This document shows, in pieces, positions 13,880-26,011 of a DNA stretch of 64,000 nt; within the stretch, counting starts at the first letter, position 1; the number at the start of each line of letters is the position of its first letter. The notes under the pieces are model-generated. The model did no database searches, was not told the DNA's origin, and was given only the letters and a program-made list of their open reading frames with translations. Position numbers and translations under genes: made by a program. This DNA comes from Eledone cirrhosa (taxonomy: Eukaryota): assembly GCA_964016885.1 (NCBI GenBank), contig OZ024752.1, positions 23,560,001-23,624,000 of the forward strand, in the 5' to 3' direction.

Positions 13880-15780
13880 ACACTTCATAGAGCACGCGCC
13901 TTCTTCGTCACCCCGCCTCCTCGGCTGGTCATGATTAACGACTTCAACAGAATTAGGCAGGATCACGTCCTAGAAACATGTCTCAGACGAGCCCCCTCTA
14001 TCTACCCCTCGTTCACCTTTCGTACGGAAGACCCAGCTCACTCATGGCCGCTGAAAACATGGTTACTTCCGCCTCAGGTGTCCAGCAGAGGGGGGACCCA
14101 CTCGGTGCTCTCCTATTCGCGCTGGCAATCGACGATGTAGCCCGGTCGGTCCGGTCACCCCTCAGGGTCTGGTACATCGACAACGCGACCCTGGGTGGCC
14201 CAGCTGAGACAATAGTTGAAGACCTTCGACAAATCATCTCAATTCTAAACTTCCTTGGACTTGAGATCAAACCAACCAAGTCTGAGGCGACCAACATCAG
14301 CTACAGAGAGGCCGAATTCTGCAAAGCCATACTCTGCTCCCATCCCGTCCTGGCCCAGGCTCGGCTGACACCCAAGGACGCCGCAAGCATTCTCGGCTCC
14401 CCCATTCTCCCGAACGCCAGGAGAGAATGCCAGGAGACCAACCATGTGGATTTGTTCTGATTTGCAGAGAGGCTGCGCCTCGTAGACGCTCATTCTGCGC
14501 TCTTCCTCTTGAGAAACTCCCGAAATTTACGTTCATGCTGCGAGGTGCACCTTGCCACCCTTACGCAGATCTTCTCCAGGAACTTGACGCTACAATTCGA
14601 CGCTGTGTGGAACTCATCTGCAATGTCAGTTTCGACAGCGCAGGCTGGCAACAGGTGACATTCCCAGTGAAGTTCGGTGACCTCAGCCTCCGATCAGCAT
14701 CGGATCTAGCTTTACCTGCCCACTTCTCCTCTATCTCCGCCAGCCGCGCTCTCGTCAGCGAGGTTCTCAGTCAGATGGCCGAATCTGACCTGGCCCCTGA
14801 GATGGAACAAGCTCTGGCCTACTGGACAGGTGAAGGCCTCTCTATCCCCCAGTATACTACGGTCCAACGTAATTGGAACGACATCAATTGCAGGTCCTCT
14901 GTCAGGAGGATCGAGTCTGGCTTGGACCAACACCGCTCACCTGCCCCCGCTCTGTTTCTCAACCCAACAGTGATGCGTGGTTCAATTCGGTGCCCTGCTC
15001 ATCAACCGGTACCCTTTTTGATGATAAGTGCACTCGCATCGGAGTAGCCCTCTGCCTTGGCCTCCGCGTGTATAAGCCACATAAATGCCAATGCAGGGTG
15101 GTTGTTGACAAGTTCGACCTGCACGTCTGTCTTGCCGCCAGAGCGCAGGCCGTTTCCCGCCACACATCGATCTCAATGACATACTGAGAAGTAGCCTGGA
15201 CGCAGCTGACTTTCCATCTCAACTGGAGCCAGCAGGCCTAGACCGCCGAGATGGCAAGCGTCCCAACGGAATAACCCTTTTCCCATTCGAAGAAGGTAGA
15301 TCCCTCATCCAGGACGCCACCTGCTGCGAAACGTTCTCCGCCTCCAACTTGGTCGCTTCGGCCACAAACCCCGGGATCGCGGCCCGCCTCGCAGAAGAGC
15401 GTAAAATAAACAAATACCGGGTTTGTCCGGCGCTTCCTCTTCGCACCGATCGCCGTCGAGACCTCAGGCGTACTTGGACCTCGTACAGCCGAGCCCCTCC
15501 GTAAGATCGGAACGTCTGAGGAGGAAGCCCCGCGAGGTGGGTGCCTGTTGTAGCGGGTGTTGTTGGCCCTTGTCCGCAGGAATGCTTTTGTGGTCTCGTC
15601 CACGTGGCGCAGCACTTCTGCCTCCAGGCCTTAGGCCCAAAGCCCAATCATCCTCCCCCTTCACCCTCCCCTCTCTTCTGCGACACCAGAGTTCTTGCCA
15701 TCCCTTCCCGTTCTTTTTTCTTTCTTTTAGTCTTTGTTCTATTTCCCTATTCTTTTATTTCTTTTGTTTCCTTTTCTTTA
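13880..15780 (+). mobile_element. CRE-like non-LTR retrotransposon (RT + zinc knuckle + RLE), 5'-truncated and frameshifted
   Basis: SASGVQQRGDPLGALLF, WYIDNATLGG, LRLGL-like GVALCLGL-CxC, EPAGLDRRDGKRPNG and DATCCETFS motifs, typical of CRE-clade ORFs. Confidence 0.8.
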
Positions 15781-15814
15781 TTATTATTGCGTTATTATGG
15801 TTGTCATTATTAGT

Positions 15815-17003
15815 TTTTGTGGAATGGACGCGCTCCGATGGTCAGGCGGTCCATTTGCTGTCAACACCCGCTACGTGGAGGGCTGGACATGTCGTGGCTG
15901 ATGATGCGCAAACATGCGCTCAGGCTACGGCATCTCCACCTCTTCCTCGACGGTGATCAGGTGTGGTCGCCGTTTGCTAGACGCGTATTTCCCCAGCTCG
16001 TCTCCTTGACGGAGCTGCAGTACAGGGTCAAGCGAAGACCGAGAAGGAGCACTTGGAAACTGGAATGTCTTCAGGCGCTCACAGCCCTCGACCAATCAGG
16101 CAATACGATCGGTGGAAACTCCGCCTCAGCGTTCTGTAGAGGGTTAGTGGAGGGAAAGAGCGACGACGTCCTTGGGGAGACTCAGGGCGTAGACGAAAAT
16201 CAACTAGCCAATCTCTTCGGGAGAACTTTTGGGCCGGGGCCCATGGACAACTTCCAGAAATGCCTGGCCTGGCAGTGCTACCGAAGGGCCTTGCCAGTTC
16301 GGGATAAACTCTACAGGCATGGAAGTGTCATCAGCCGGGCCTGTCCAAGATGCGCGCAGGGCGACGAAACCGTCCTGCACGCACTCGTCCAGTGTCCGAG
16401 CATACTGACTTGTGGATTTATGTCGAACACCTGCTGTCGCGTGTAGATCGGGTCCGGCTATCACTTGAGTCCATCATGAGGATTGCCCCGCCATCTTCCT
16501 TTAGCCAGGAAGGGCAGGCAGTTTTTATCTGTCTGGTGGCCATGGCGAAAGAGATCGTATGGTGGATGCGCTTGAAAGGGCTGAAGACGAGCACCCTTCG
16601 TTAAGGCCCTAATTAAGTTTTTCAAATTTCATTTGAAAAGAAAAATCAGGGTAGAGTGGGAAGTGCTCTCTCCCCAGGATTTTGTTGAAAGATTGGTGAG
16701 AGAGGCAAGAATGGCCCGAGTGAATGGGCCTGCTCAGGGTATGCGCCTGTAAATTGAAGGTGGAAAACTGGGAGAGGGCACTTGCCCTGGTGGTCAGGGT
16801 CACCGCGGCCTTTTTAATGGGATTTCTCCACGAATGTCCCTCGGGGAATTTTCCTTTATGTCTTTTTTGTCATTTTCTGTGTTTATTTTACTTTACACGC
16901 AAAAATGCCCATTAGTCCCGCCCTGTAACGTCCTGTGCTGTCCTTAATGTTATACTTTATGTCAACCTTCGTGGTTAATAAAGAAAACATTATTATTATT
17001 ATT
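15815..17003 (+). mobile_element. Tx1/L1-clade LINE, 5'-truncated 3' fragment with (ATT)n tail
   Basis: GGLDM, ALPVRDKLYRHG, CPRCAQGDETVLHALVQC zinc finger; ends CCTTCGTGGTTAATAAAGAAAACATTATTATT. Confidence 0.85.
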
Positions 17004-17876
17004 TTTGAGTCTCAGTCATTGATGTTATTTAACTGGAGAGTTTGTTGAAATGAATATCAAGCCGCTACCTGCAGCCTCAGATATTCAGGACGTATCGGAG
17101 GGTTCTTGCTGTTCCCAGCAAGCATGCCTTTTGAAGTGTTCCAAAAAGCGGGGCTGGACTAATTTTCTTTAACCATCCTTGGAAACACTTTGAGATAGTA
17201 CCTAGTGCGCCTATGGCAATCGGGACGACTCTGAGTTCATGGCAGTTCCAAATCCTTTTTACCTCCCACTTTAACTCCTGGTATCGGTTAATTTTCTCCC
17301 TCTCCTTCTCTTGCACTCTCGTGTCAAATGGGCAGGCTACATCTACAATCAGGCACAATCTTTTTTCCTTGTCCAAAACCACCAGGTCAGGTCTATTGTG
17401 TTCCAGTTTCTTGTCCGTCTGTATCCTAAAATCCCACAGCACCTTCACCTGATCATTTTCTATCACCGACTCTGGCTTATGCTCATACCACTTCACAGAA
17501 TGTGGTAAATTGTTTACTTTGCATAGGTGCCAGTGGATCACCCTGGCCATCACATCATATCTCCAGCCTTTATAGTGAGTCTGGGCTAGATGTTTACACT
17601 CGGATACAATGTGAGCCACAGTCTCCTCTCTCTCTCTCCACAGATCCTACACAGTGCGCTAGCCTCCTCCTTGTAAATATGGTGTTTCACCCACTTCGTT
17701 CTGAAGGCCTGCTCTTGCGCAGCCATTAGCATTCCCTCTGTAGCCTTTTTAAGGTCTCATCTTTTTAACCAGTTCCATGTCTGTGGATCTCTAAATTCAG
17801 TTTTCTCAAAGAAGGTACTATGAAGGGATTTTTCATGAAGGTTGCTCTTCCTCCTTGCTGTTATATCCTCCTTGGA

Positions 17877-17877
<1 letters not shown>
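17004..17877 (-). mobile_element. Dong/R4-clade non-LTR retrotransposon 3' fragment (CCHC + RLE)
   Basis: HIVSECKHLA, WDFRIQTD...NRPDLVV, IVDVACPFD, EKINRYQEL, GALG; ends in (TAA)n. Confidence 0.88.
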
Positions 17878-17937
<60 letters not shown>

Positions 17938-17939
<2 letters not shown>

Positions 17940-19755
17940 AGTTGCATTTATCTTGCTTTATGTTCATACGAGTTATCACCAAGTCACAACCAGTGACCCC
18001 AAGAGACAACAAGGTCCACCATGTTCAAGAAAGAACATACATATTCACACATGCATCTTTAGTGTTTAGACTTGTGATGTACTTATATTGACAGAATCTT
18101 CCTTAGTATATGGGCAGTTCCCATTAGTACTATCTTTTGTATTTCTCCTATACGCGGGTTTCCTGGGATCTGCGATAAGTAATCATTAGACCCCTTAGGT
18201 ATCATTCCCAGAGCGCCTACAACCACTGGTATTGTTTTAGTTCTCAATTTCCACATTTTTCCAATTTCTATCTCCAGGTCCTTATACTTGCTCAATTTTT
18301 CAAATGTTTTTATAGATACATTCTTGTCTATTGGAACAGACATATCAATTAGCAGGCATACCCTCTTTTTAAAGTCTTTCAGTATTATACCAGGTCTACT
18401 TGTATCTATTTTTCGGTCTGTTTGGATGCTAAAGTTCTACAAGATGGAGATGTGATCTTTTTCAAGTACGGGAGGTGGTTGATGCTCCCACCAATTCTTT
18501 AGATGGGGCAGGTCAAAATGCTTATACATTATCCAATGTATGTATTGTGCAGCTCTGTCGCGCCTGTTTAGGTATTCGGTTGGAGCTATAGGACTGCACA
18601 TTGAAATTATATGATCAATGGTCTCTAGTTGTTTTTTACACAAACGGCATAATGGGTTGCATCCATTTTTTATTATGTTGGCTTGATATTTTTTGTTGGC
18701 AGACACTGATCTTGTGCTGATATAATCATTCCTTCAGTCTCCGATTTCAGTCCAGAGGATGCTAACCACTGTTGGCATCCTCTGGACTGAAATCGGAGTT
18801 TTGTCAACATCAGGATTGTTAGCTCTTTCTGGGTATTTTCCATACAGAGGCTTTTCTTGCCATTTCTTAGCCAGTTTCTGTAGCAGTTCTTTCTTTGCTT
18901 TTTCTGTGTTTTTCATTTCAGCAGTAAATGGGACTTCTGAACTTTGTAGTCCATTACTGTATCTTTGTGCATCTTTTGTAATGGAGTATGATCTTTTGAT
19001 GCTTTCATGTTTCAAAACGAGTTTGATCATCCAATCATGTGATTCCCTTAGATATGTAAATAATCCAATTGTTGCAGTTTTCAAAGCAATATCTAACTGG
19101 ATTAATCCACGTCCTCCTTCTTTCCTAGGGAGATATATTCTATCTGTATCTGCCTTAGGGTGATGCATTCTGTGCATTGTTAAGAATTTTCTAATTTTTG
19201 TATCGAGCCTACGGATCTCTGTGCTTGACAAGTTGATGACATTGTAATTTTAGGTTACTACTGGTATGGCAAGCGTGTTTATGGCATCGATCCTATTCTT
19301 TGCATTCAATTCCGTTCTTAAGATTGCTCTTACTCTGCAGTAACATTCCTTCCTTATATTTTCCCTCATTGTCGAGTGCTTGATTCCGTCTCCTTCACAA
19401 ACACCTAGATATTTGTAAGTTTCCTCTGGATCAAGTTCTCTTATCACATTCCCCCAATTAACATTAATGTCTGAACTTCTCAGCAGCTTTCCTGGTGAAC
19501 TTTGCTTTGGCGCATTTATCTAGTCCAAACTCCATTTTAATATCATTACTGAACTGCTTCACAGTGGATAATAGCCCTTGCAAATGCTCATCATTTTTTG
19601 CAAATAGATTCAAGTCATCCACGTAGAACAAGTGATTAATGGCTTTGTCATAGACTTTATATCCATGTTGTTTCATTGAGCATTTTACTTAATGGTATAA
19701 GTGCGATGCAGAATAAAAGCGGTGATAAAGAGTCACCCTGAAAAATTCCACAATT
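17938..19755 (-). mobile_element. Second Dong/R4-clade element, 5'-truncated within RT
   Basis: QGDSLSPLLF, HLFYVDDL, YKYLG, RIYLPRKEGGRGL, CRLC..ETIDHIISMC, EKLSKYKDL, GALG; (TAA)20 tail at 17878-17938. Confidence 0.9.
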
Positions 19756-19760
19756 ATTAT

Positions 19761-20121
19761 TGGCAGTATTGGTAGAGGGTTGGATGCCATGCTTTGCAGC
19801 AAAGAGTTACGGCCCTTTGTGGTCCTAGTTCAAATCCTATGTTTTCATCTGCCTGGTGGCAATGGCGAAAGAGATTGTATGGTGGACAAGGTTGAAAGAA
19901 TTGAAGACGGACACTTTCCTCTTGCGCGAATCCCTGATTAACTTTTCAAATTTCACTTGAAGAGGAAATAAAGAAATCATTAATATTATTATTATGAGTT
20001 CAAATCCCGCCGTGGTTAACTTTGCCTTTCATCCTTACGGGGTCGATAAAATAAAGTACCAGTAATACACTGGGATATTGCTGGCCTTGTGCCAAAAGTA
20101 GAAACAATTATTATTATTATT
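19761..20121 (+). mobile_element. tRNA-derived SINE interrupted at its B box by a ~155-bp Tx1 3' fragment
   Basis: Head ends AGTTCAAATCC (~19837); Tx1 fragment + ATT tail; SINE resumes GAGTTCAAATCCCGCC (~19996). Confidence 0.75.
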
Positions 20122-21026
20122 TGGGCACTAGTATCTGTGGAACATCCACCTCGGCGTTCTATAGAGGGCTAGTGGAGGGGAGACCCTGGGCGTCGAAGAC
20201 GATCAGCTGTTCGCTCTCTTCAAGTGAACTTTCAGACCGGGGCCTATGGACAACTTCCAGAAATCTCTGGCCTGACAGTGCTACCGCGGAGCGTCTCCGT
20301 TTCGGGATAAGCTCTACAGGCACGGAGGTGCTGTCAGCCGAGCCTGTCCGAGATGCGCGCAGAGCGACGAAACCGCCCTGCACGCACTCGTTCAGTGCCC
20401 GAGGATTGCTGACTTGTGGAGCTATGTCAAACAGCTGCTGTCGCGTGTAGGACGGATTTGGTTATCGACTGAGTCGATTGTGCAGATAGCCCCGCCATCC
20501 TCCTTTAAAGAGGAGGAAGGGCAGGCAGTTTTCATCTGCCTGGTGGCCATGGCGAAAGAGATTGTGTGGTGGACAAGATTGAAAGGGTTGAAGCGGACAC
20601 TTTCCTCTCCGGCCAATCCCTGATTAACTTTTTCAAGTTTCACTTGAAGAGGAAAATCAGGGTGGAGAGGCAAGTGCTGCCTTCGAGCAAGTTTGTTGAA
20701 AGGTGGGTGAATGTAGCGAGAATGGTCCGAGTGGACGGGACCGCTCTGAGTATGCACCTGTAGACTGAGGAGTGGGAAAAGTGAGAGAAGGCGCTTGCCT
20801 TGGTGGTCAGGGTGCCCGTGGTCTTTTGTGTGGTTTTCACCACGAGTGACCCTCGGAGGTTTCCCCCTTCTTGGGGAATTTTTGTTGCTTGAATTCTTTT
20901 GATTTCTAGCGATTTTGTTATAACCTGTTTACACGACCAAAACCCACTTAGTATCGTCCTGTACTTTTCTGTGCCGTCTCTAATGTTTTTTTTTTTCGTG
21001 TTAGCCCTTGTGGCCAATAAAGAATC

Positions 21027-21062
<36 letters not shown>
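20122..21062 (+). mobile_element. Tx1/L1-clade LINE, 5'-truncated 3' fragment
   Basis: Homologous to 25405-25860 and 16080-16700; ends GCCCTTGTGGCCAATAAAGAATCC(ATT)n. Confidence 0.88.
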
Positions 21063-21063
<1 letters not shown>

Positions 21064-21259
21064 GGGCGGTGGATTAGCAGTATCGGTAGAGAGTCGGACA
21101 CCATGCTTTGCAGCAAAGAGTTATGGCCCTTTATGGAGTGAGTTCAAATCCCGCCGAGGTTAACTTTGCCTTTCATCCTTACGGGGTCGATAAAATAAAG
21201 TACCAGTAATGCACTGGGTAATTGATGACCTTGTGCCAAAAGTAGAAACAATTATTATT
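21063..21259 (+). mobile_element. tRNA-derived SINE, full length
   Basis: GGGCGGTGGATTAGCAGTATCGGTAGAG head, B box GAGTTCAAATCCC, conserved core, AGTAGAAACAATTATTATT end. Confidence 0.88.
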
Positions 21260-24200
21260 GAAGGTGAAGCCACGCTCCTTATCGGCTCCAGTTTTTTTTC
21301 AACAGTATACATCGATGTCAACCGTTCTTAACCTTTTATTCAAGTTTTAAACTTGATAAAAGTTTAGAAGAAGTGACCCACCTAATACAGGGGCTTCACT
21401 CGTAAATAATACGGCACCCCTTTATGGGGTGTCGTATTATGTAAAATTTATTTGAAACAAAATTTCGTTCAAACATGGATAACACAAAAAAGAGAGAGAG
21501 CGCTGTCAGACAACTCAGAGAGAGGGAGACTTTGTCAACATGTCAACAAGACAGCGTTCTAGCGAAGGTGAATATAAAAGAAAATATTACGAAGGAAAAG
21601 AGGAACAGATTTAAAATTACCAAATATTTCTAACACAAACAACACCAACAATATCACCAACAACAACACAATCAATAACAACAGCAACAACAAACATAAC
21701 AGCGGTAAGGTAGAGAACGACAATAACAATGACAATAACAACAACCACAACAACAATAATAGTGGGAACAGCATCAACAAAAACAATAATAATAACAACA
21801 GTAACAGCAGCAACAGTATCAACGAAAACAACAACAATGACAGTAGCGGCAGCAATAGTGGTGCCGCTGAAAAAGGGGCCACTTCTTTTGCAGGTGTGGC
21901 CCGAAATATCGAAACAGTGCTAGTCACAGAGGAGGAGATGGCAGTCGCAAGGGCCATAGTGACAAGAAATGCCAATCGAGACTCCCTGAAATCTCCACCC
22001 GATTTTTTCAAGGAGTCGCAGTTACAAACGGTGACTTACCCCACTGTAAACAAAATATCACATCGGGTGGAGAGAGCCACGGAGGCTCAAATCCAAAAGG
22101 GGTGCGTCTGGGCGCGCAAAAGCCACATCAACAGGCAAAAAATACGCCACAGTAGACGTACTTTTTGCCCCACCTCCCCCAGTAGGCGAAGTATCACTCT
22201 TTGGTAAACCTAAAGAGTGAGGAGATAATTTTGGTGCCCTCCTACTGTGGGCAGAAAATTGGGAGAGAGAACTGGTCAGGTATAGGCATGCAAATGCTAA
22301 TACCAACTGACCAGGAGTGTATCAAGGCCATCCCGGTTAGTAGGAGGGCAACGTCCGTGGCACCCAATCCAAGGCCACGGACAAATAAATCAGCAGCAGC
22401 ATTGGTGGCAACACCAGTAGCTACATTTGTAGTAGCTGCACCAGCAACAAAATCGCTGGAGAGGGCTCCACTACCACCACCAACAGCCGTGGAGAAAACA
22501 CTCCTCCCAGACGCCACGGAATCCGACATGGATTCTGAGGCGGGAGTGAAGTGGCAAACGGTCTGCCACAAAAACATAACAAAAAAGAAGGAACCCCTTG
22601 GCTTCACCCTCCAAAAGCGAAGACAAACAAAGAGGGGTAAAGGCTGCAAGGCGACTCGCAGATACACCACCACCATTACCACCACAAGCATCACCACCAA
22701 CAACCACCACACCACCAGCATCATCACAAACACTAACATCGCAAACACAACATGGAAAACATACCCAACAGCAGCAAAAAGATAACAGCAACAAAACCAA
22801 ACCCCCGCAAAACACTACACAGCCATAAACATGGCAAATAAAGAACTCTTGGAACATATAAAGCAGCACACAGACATTACAGACAAAAATGACTACACTC
22901 CACCAATACCAAGAACATTCCCGAAAAATATAAACATTATTGAAATTAAAATAGAATATTATAAACATATAAAAGAAAAGTTCCCCAACGCAGTTGGAAA
23001 CTTCAGAGGGTCGGTTACCAAGAGGATATACACCGACATCATCTTGGAGATACCCATGGCCAGCCAAAGGGACAGTTCGACTGTCCCTTTCCTATACGAT
23101 CAGGGTAAATGATCCTTTCTCACTTACTCCATTCCTCACCTAACATGGCCTTACTTAGAATAGGCAGTCTAAATGTACGTGACCTGGGGGTCATCTTGGA
23201 AGCAGGGCCACCTGCTTAACGATCTCAGGTAACTAAACAGATGTGGTGGCCATCAGCGAGACCAGAATTTCCGAAGCACGATCTTCGGCGTCTACGATGT
23301 ATACACATCTCCCAGCCGTCCGGGAGCGGGGGGCGGAGTTGCTGTGCTTTTTCGGAGAGGCTTGGATCTCGCCATACGGGGCATCTTCCTGGACCCATAA
23401 GTTAAGTCGGTGGTGCTGGACGTGATCGGCAACGAAGATAACGCTTTCAGGCTAGTAGCCGTCTACGCCCCAACAGGGGCAGGACGGATAGATTTCATCA
23501 GACGTCTAGAGACCTTTCCCGCTCTTTAGTGTTAGTGGGTGACTGGTATCTTAGATGCACGCTTGGATTATGTGGGGCTAGTAAGTAAGGGAGGAGGGTG
23601 CAAAAGACTCAACAACCTACTCAGACGTTTTCCACTGTCTGACGGGTATAACTGGATTATGCGAATGTTCTAATGTGGACATGGGCAAACCTCATCAGGT
23701 CATCCAGATCGTATTTAGATAGGATATTCTCTAGGGAAACAGATAAGGTTAGTGTAGGTTGTCCACAATTTAAAGTAGTCGAATACACGTACCACAAATT
23801 TGTGATCTGCGAAGTTGACTTAGTTAGACTCCATAGGCAAGGACCTGGTTACTGGAAGCTGTTACTCGAAGCCGAGCAGATGTGTGAGGCTTTTAACAAT
23901 ACTTGGCTCAACTGTTTGGGACCGGCGGCGGGCCGGATGGGAGTATGAACTTCAGTGGCTACCTCGAGGGACTGCCGCAGCTCTCGACGACCGCAGCGCA
24001 GTATTGCGAAAGCCGATAACAGCAGGTGAAATACGGGAAGCGATGTCTGACTGCACGAGGGGCAAATCGCCAGTTTTGGATGGTCTGCCCTACGCGCTTT
24101 ATGCGTACATGCCAGACTTGTCCGGCGACCTCTTGGCAGACGTCTACTGTAACTGGCAGCAGAACGGGAGCATTCCCAGTTTTGTGAGCCGGGGAGCGGT

Positions 24201-25885
24201 GGCGCTGTTGAGAAAAGAGCCGAACAAGGGGTACTTTATAGACAACTTCAGCCCCGTAACTCTGTTAAACGCAAATTTCAAGATTTTGGCCAAGGTGTTA
24301 GCAACGAGATCGGTGCTTGTCGTCGGTAATCTGGTGGGAGAGGCGCAGACATGCACCATTACAGACAGATCCATCCACGACAACCTCCACTTCATGCGAT
24401 ACATCATAGATAGGTGGTTAAGAAACCTGGCACGGGTTGGGCCCTGATGAACTTGTATCAATCTAAGGCATTTGGTCAATCTAAGGCATTTTATCAATCT
24501 AAGACCATCGGTACCTGGCGGCTGTCCTCGAGGCGGCCGGTTTTCAGGGGTTGGATCGCTGTGATGCACAGCGACATCTGCTCAGTTGGGAAGGTGAACT
24601 GTCATCTGTCACAGCTGTTCAGCATCATGCGCTCGGTCCACCAAAGTTGTCCCCTCTCGTCGCTCTTATACGTATTGGCCTAGAGCCGTTACTACACAGA
24701 TTGGAGGCGATGAGATGCGTCCTACGCGAACTGGGATGTGGGAGATCCGTATCGGCTTACGCCGATGACGTCACCGTGGTGGTGTCAAGTACCGGTTATG
24801 TACAGATGCTTGGCACCGCTCTCAAGGAATATGAAGGAGTGACAGGAGGAAAGGAAAACCAGGAAAAGTCGGTGGGCTTGCAGCTCGGTACCTGAAGAGG
24901 CAAGTCCATGCCACCCGACAGCGTCGTGGGGCGCTGGACGGAAGGACCGGTTAAATTTCTCGGGATCTGGTTCAGTCCGGACCTCCAGATGGAGAAAAAC
25001 TAGAGCGAGGTGACGAGCAGGGTGACCTCTCTCATCCACAAATGGGCCGAGAGGAAGCTATCCCTGAAAGGTCGGGCAGAGGTGGTGAATGCGTTCATCG
25101 CATCCGTCATCTGCTACCGCCTAACCGTTGTGCCTTGCCCCGGCCCAACTCTGACGATCCATCTGCTGTCAACACGCGTTGCGTGGGGGACTGGGCGTGC
25201 TGTGGCTGATGATGCACAAACACGCGCTGAGGCTGCGACATCTCGGGTGCTTCCTTGGCGTTGAATAGTTGTGGTCACCGTTTGCCAGACGTGTTTTTCC
25301 CCAGCTCGTCTCATTAACGGAGCTGCAGTCCTGGATCAGGGAAAGACCGAGGGATAGCGCTTGGAAGCTGGAATGTCTCCAAGCGCTCACAGCCTTCTAC
25401 CAACTGGGCACTAGTATCGGTGGAACATCCACCTCAGCGTTCTATAGAGGCCTGGTGGAGGGGAAGAATAACGACTTTCTCGGGGAGACCCTGGGCGTCG
25501 AAGATAATCAGCGGTTCGCTTTCTTCAAGAGAACTTTTAGCCCAGGCCTATCGACAACTCCCAGAAATCCCTGACCTGGCAGTGCTACCAGGGAGCGTTG
25601 CCGGTTTAAGATAAGCTCTCTAGGCACGGAAGTGTCGTCAGCCGAACAAGTCCGAGATGCACACAGGGCGATGAAACCTTTGTGCAACGCACTCCTTCAG
25701 TGTCCGAGCATTGTTAAATTGTGGTGCTATGTTTTCATCTGCCTGGTGGCAATGGCGAAAGAGATTGTATGGTGGACAAGGTTGAAAGAATTTAAGACGG
25801 ATACTTTCCTCTTCGGCGAATCCCTGATTAACTTTTCAAATTTCACTTGAAGAGGAAATAAAGAAATCATAATTATTATTATTAT
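21260..25885 (+). mobile_element. Near full-length Tx1/L1-clade LINE, pseudogenised ORF1 (Asn/Thr-rich) and ORF2 (APE + RT + zinc finger)
   Basis: ORF2 starts ~23145 MALLRIGSLNV; VAISET, YLDRIF, GPGYWKL, SPVLDGLP, RSIHDNL, SAYADDVTV; many stops and frameshifts; 3' UTR deleted. Confidence 0.9.
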
Positions 25886-26011
25886 GAGTTCAAATCCCGC
25901 CGTGGTTAACTTTGTCTTTCATCCTTACGGGGTCGATAAAATAAAGTACCAGTAATGTACCGGGTAATTGCTGGCTTTGTGCCAAAAGTAGAAACAATTA
26001 TTATTATTATT
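25886..26011 (+). mobile_element. 5'-truncated tRNA-derived SINE starting at the B box
   Basis: GAGTTCAAATCCCGCCGTGG...AGTAGAAACAATTATTATT. Confidence 0.85.
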
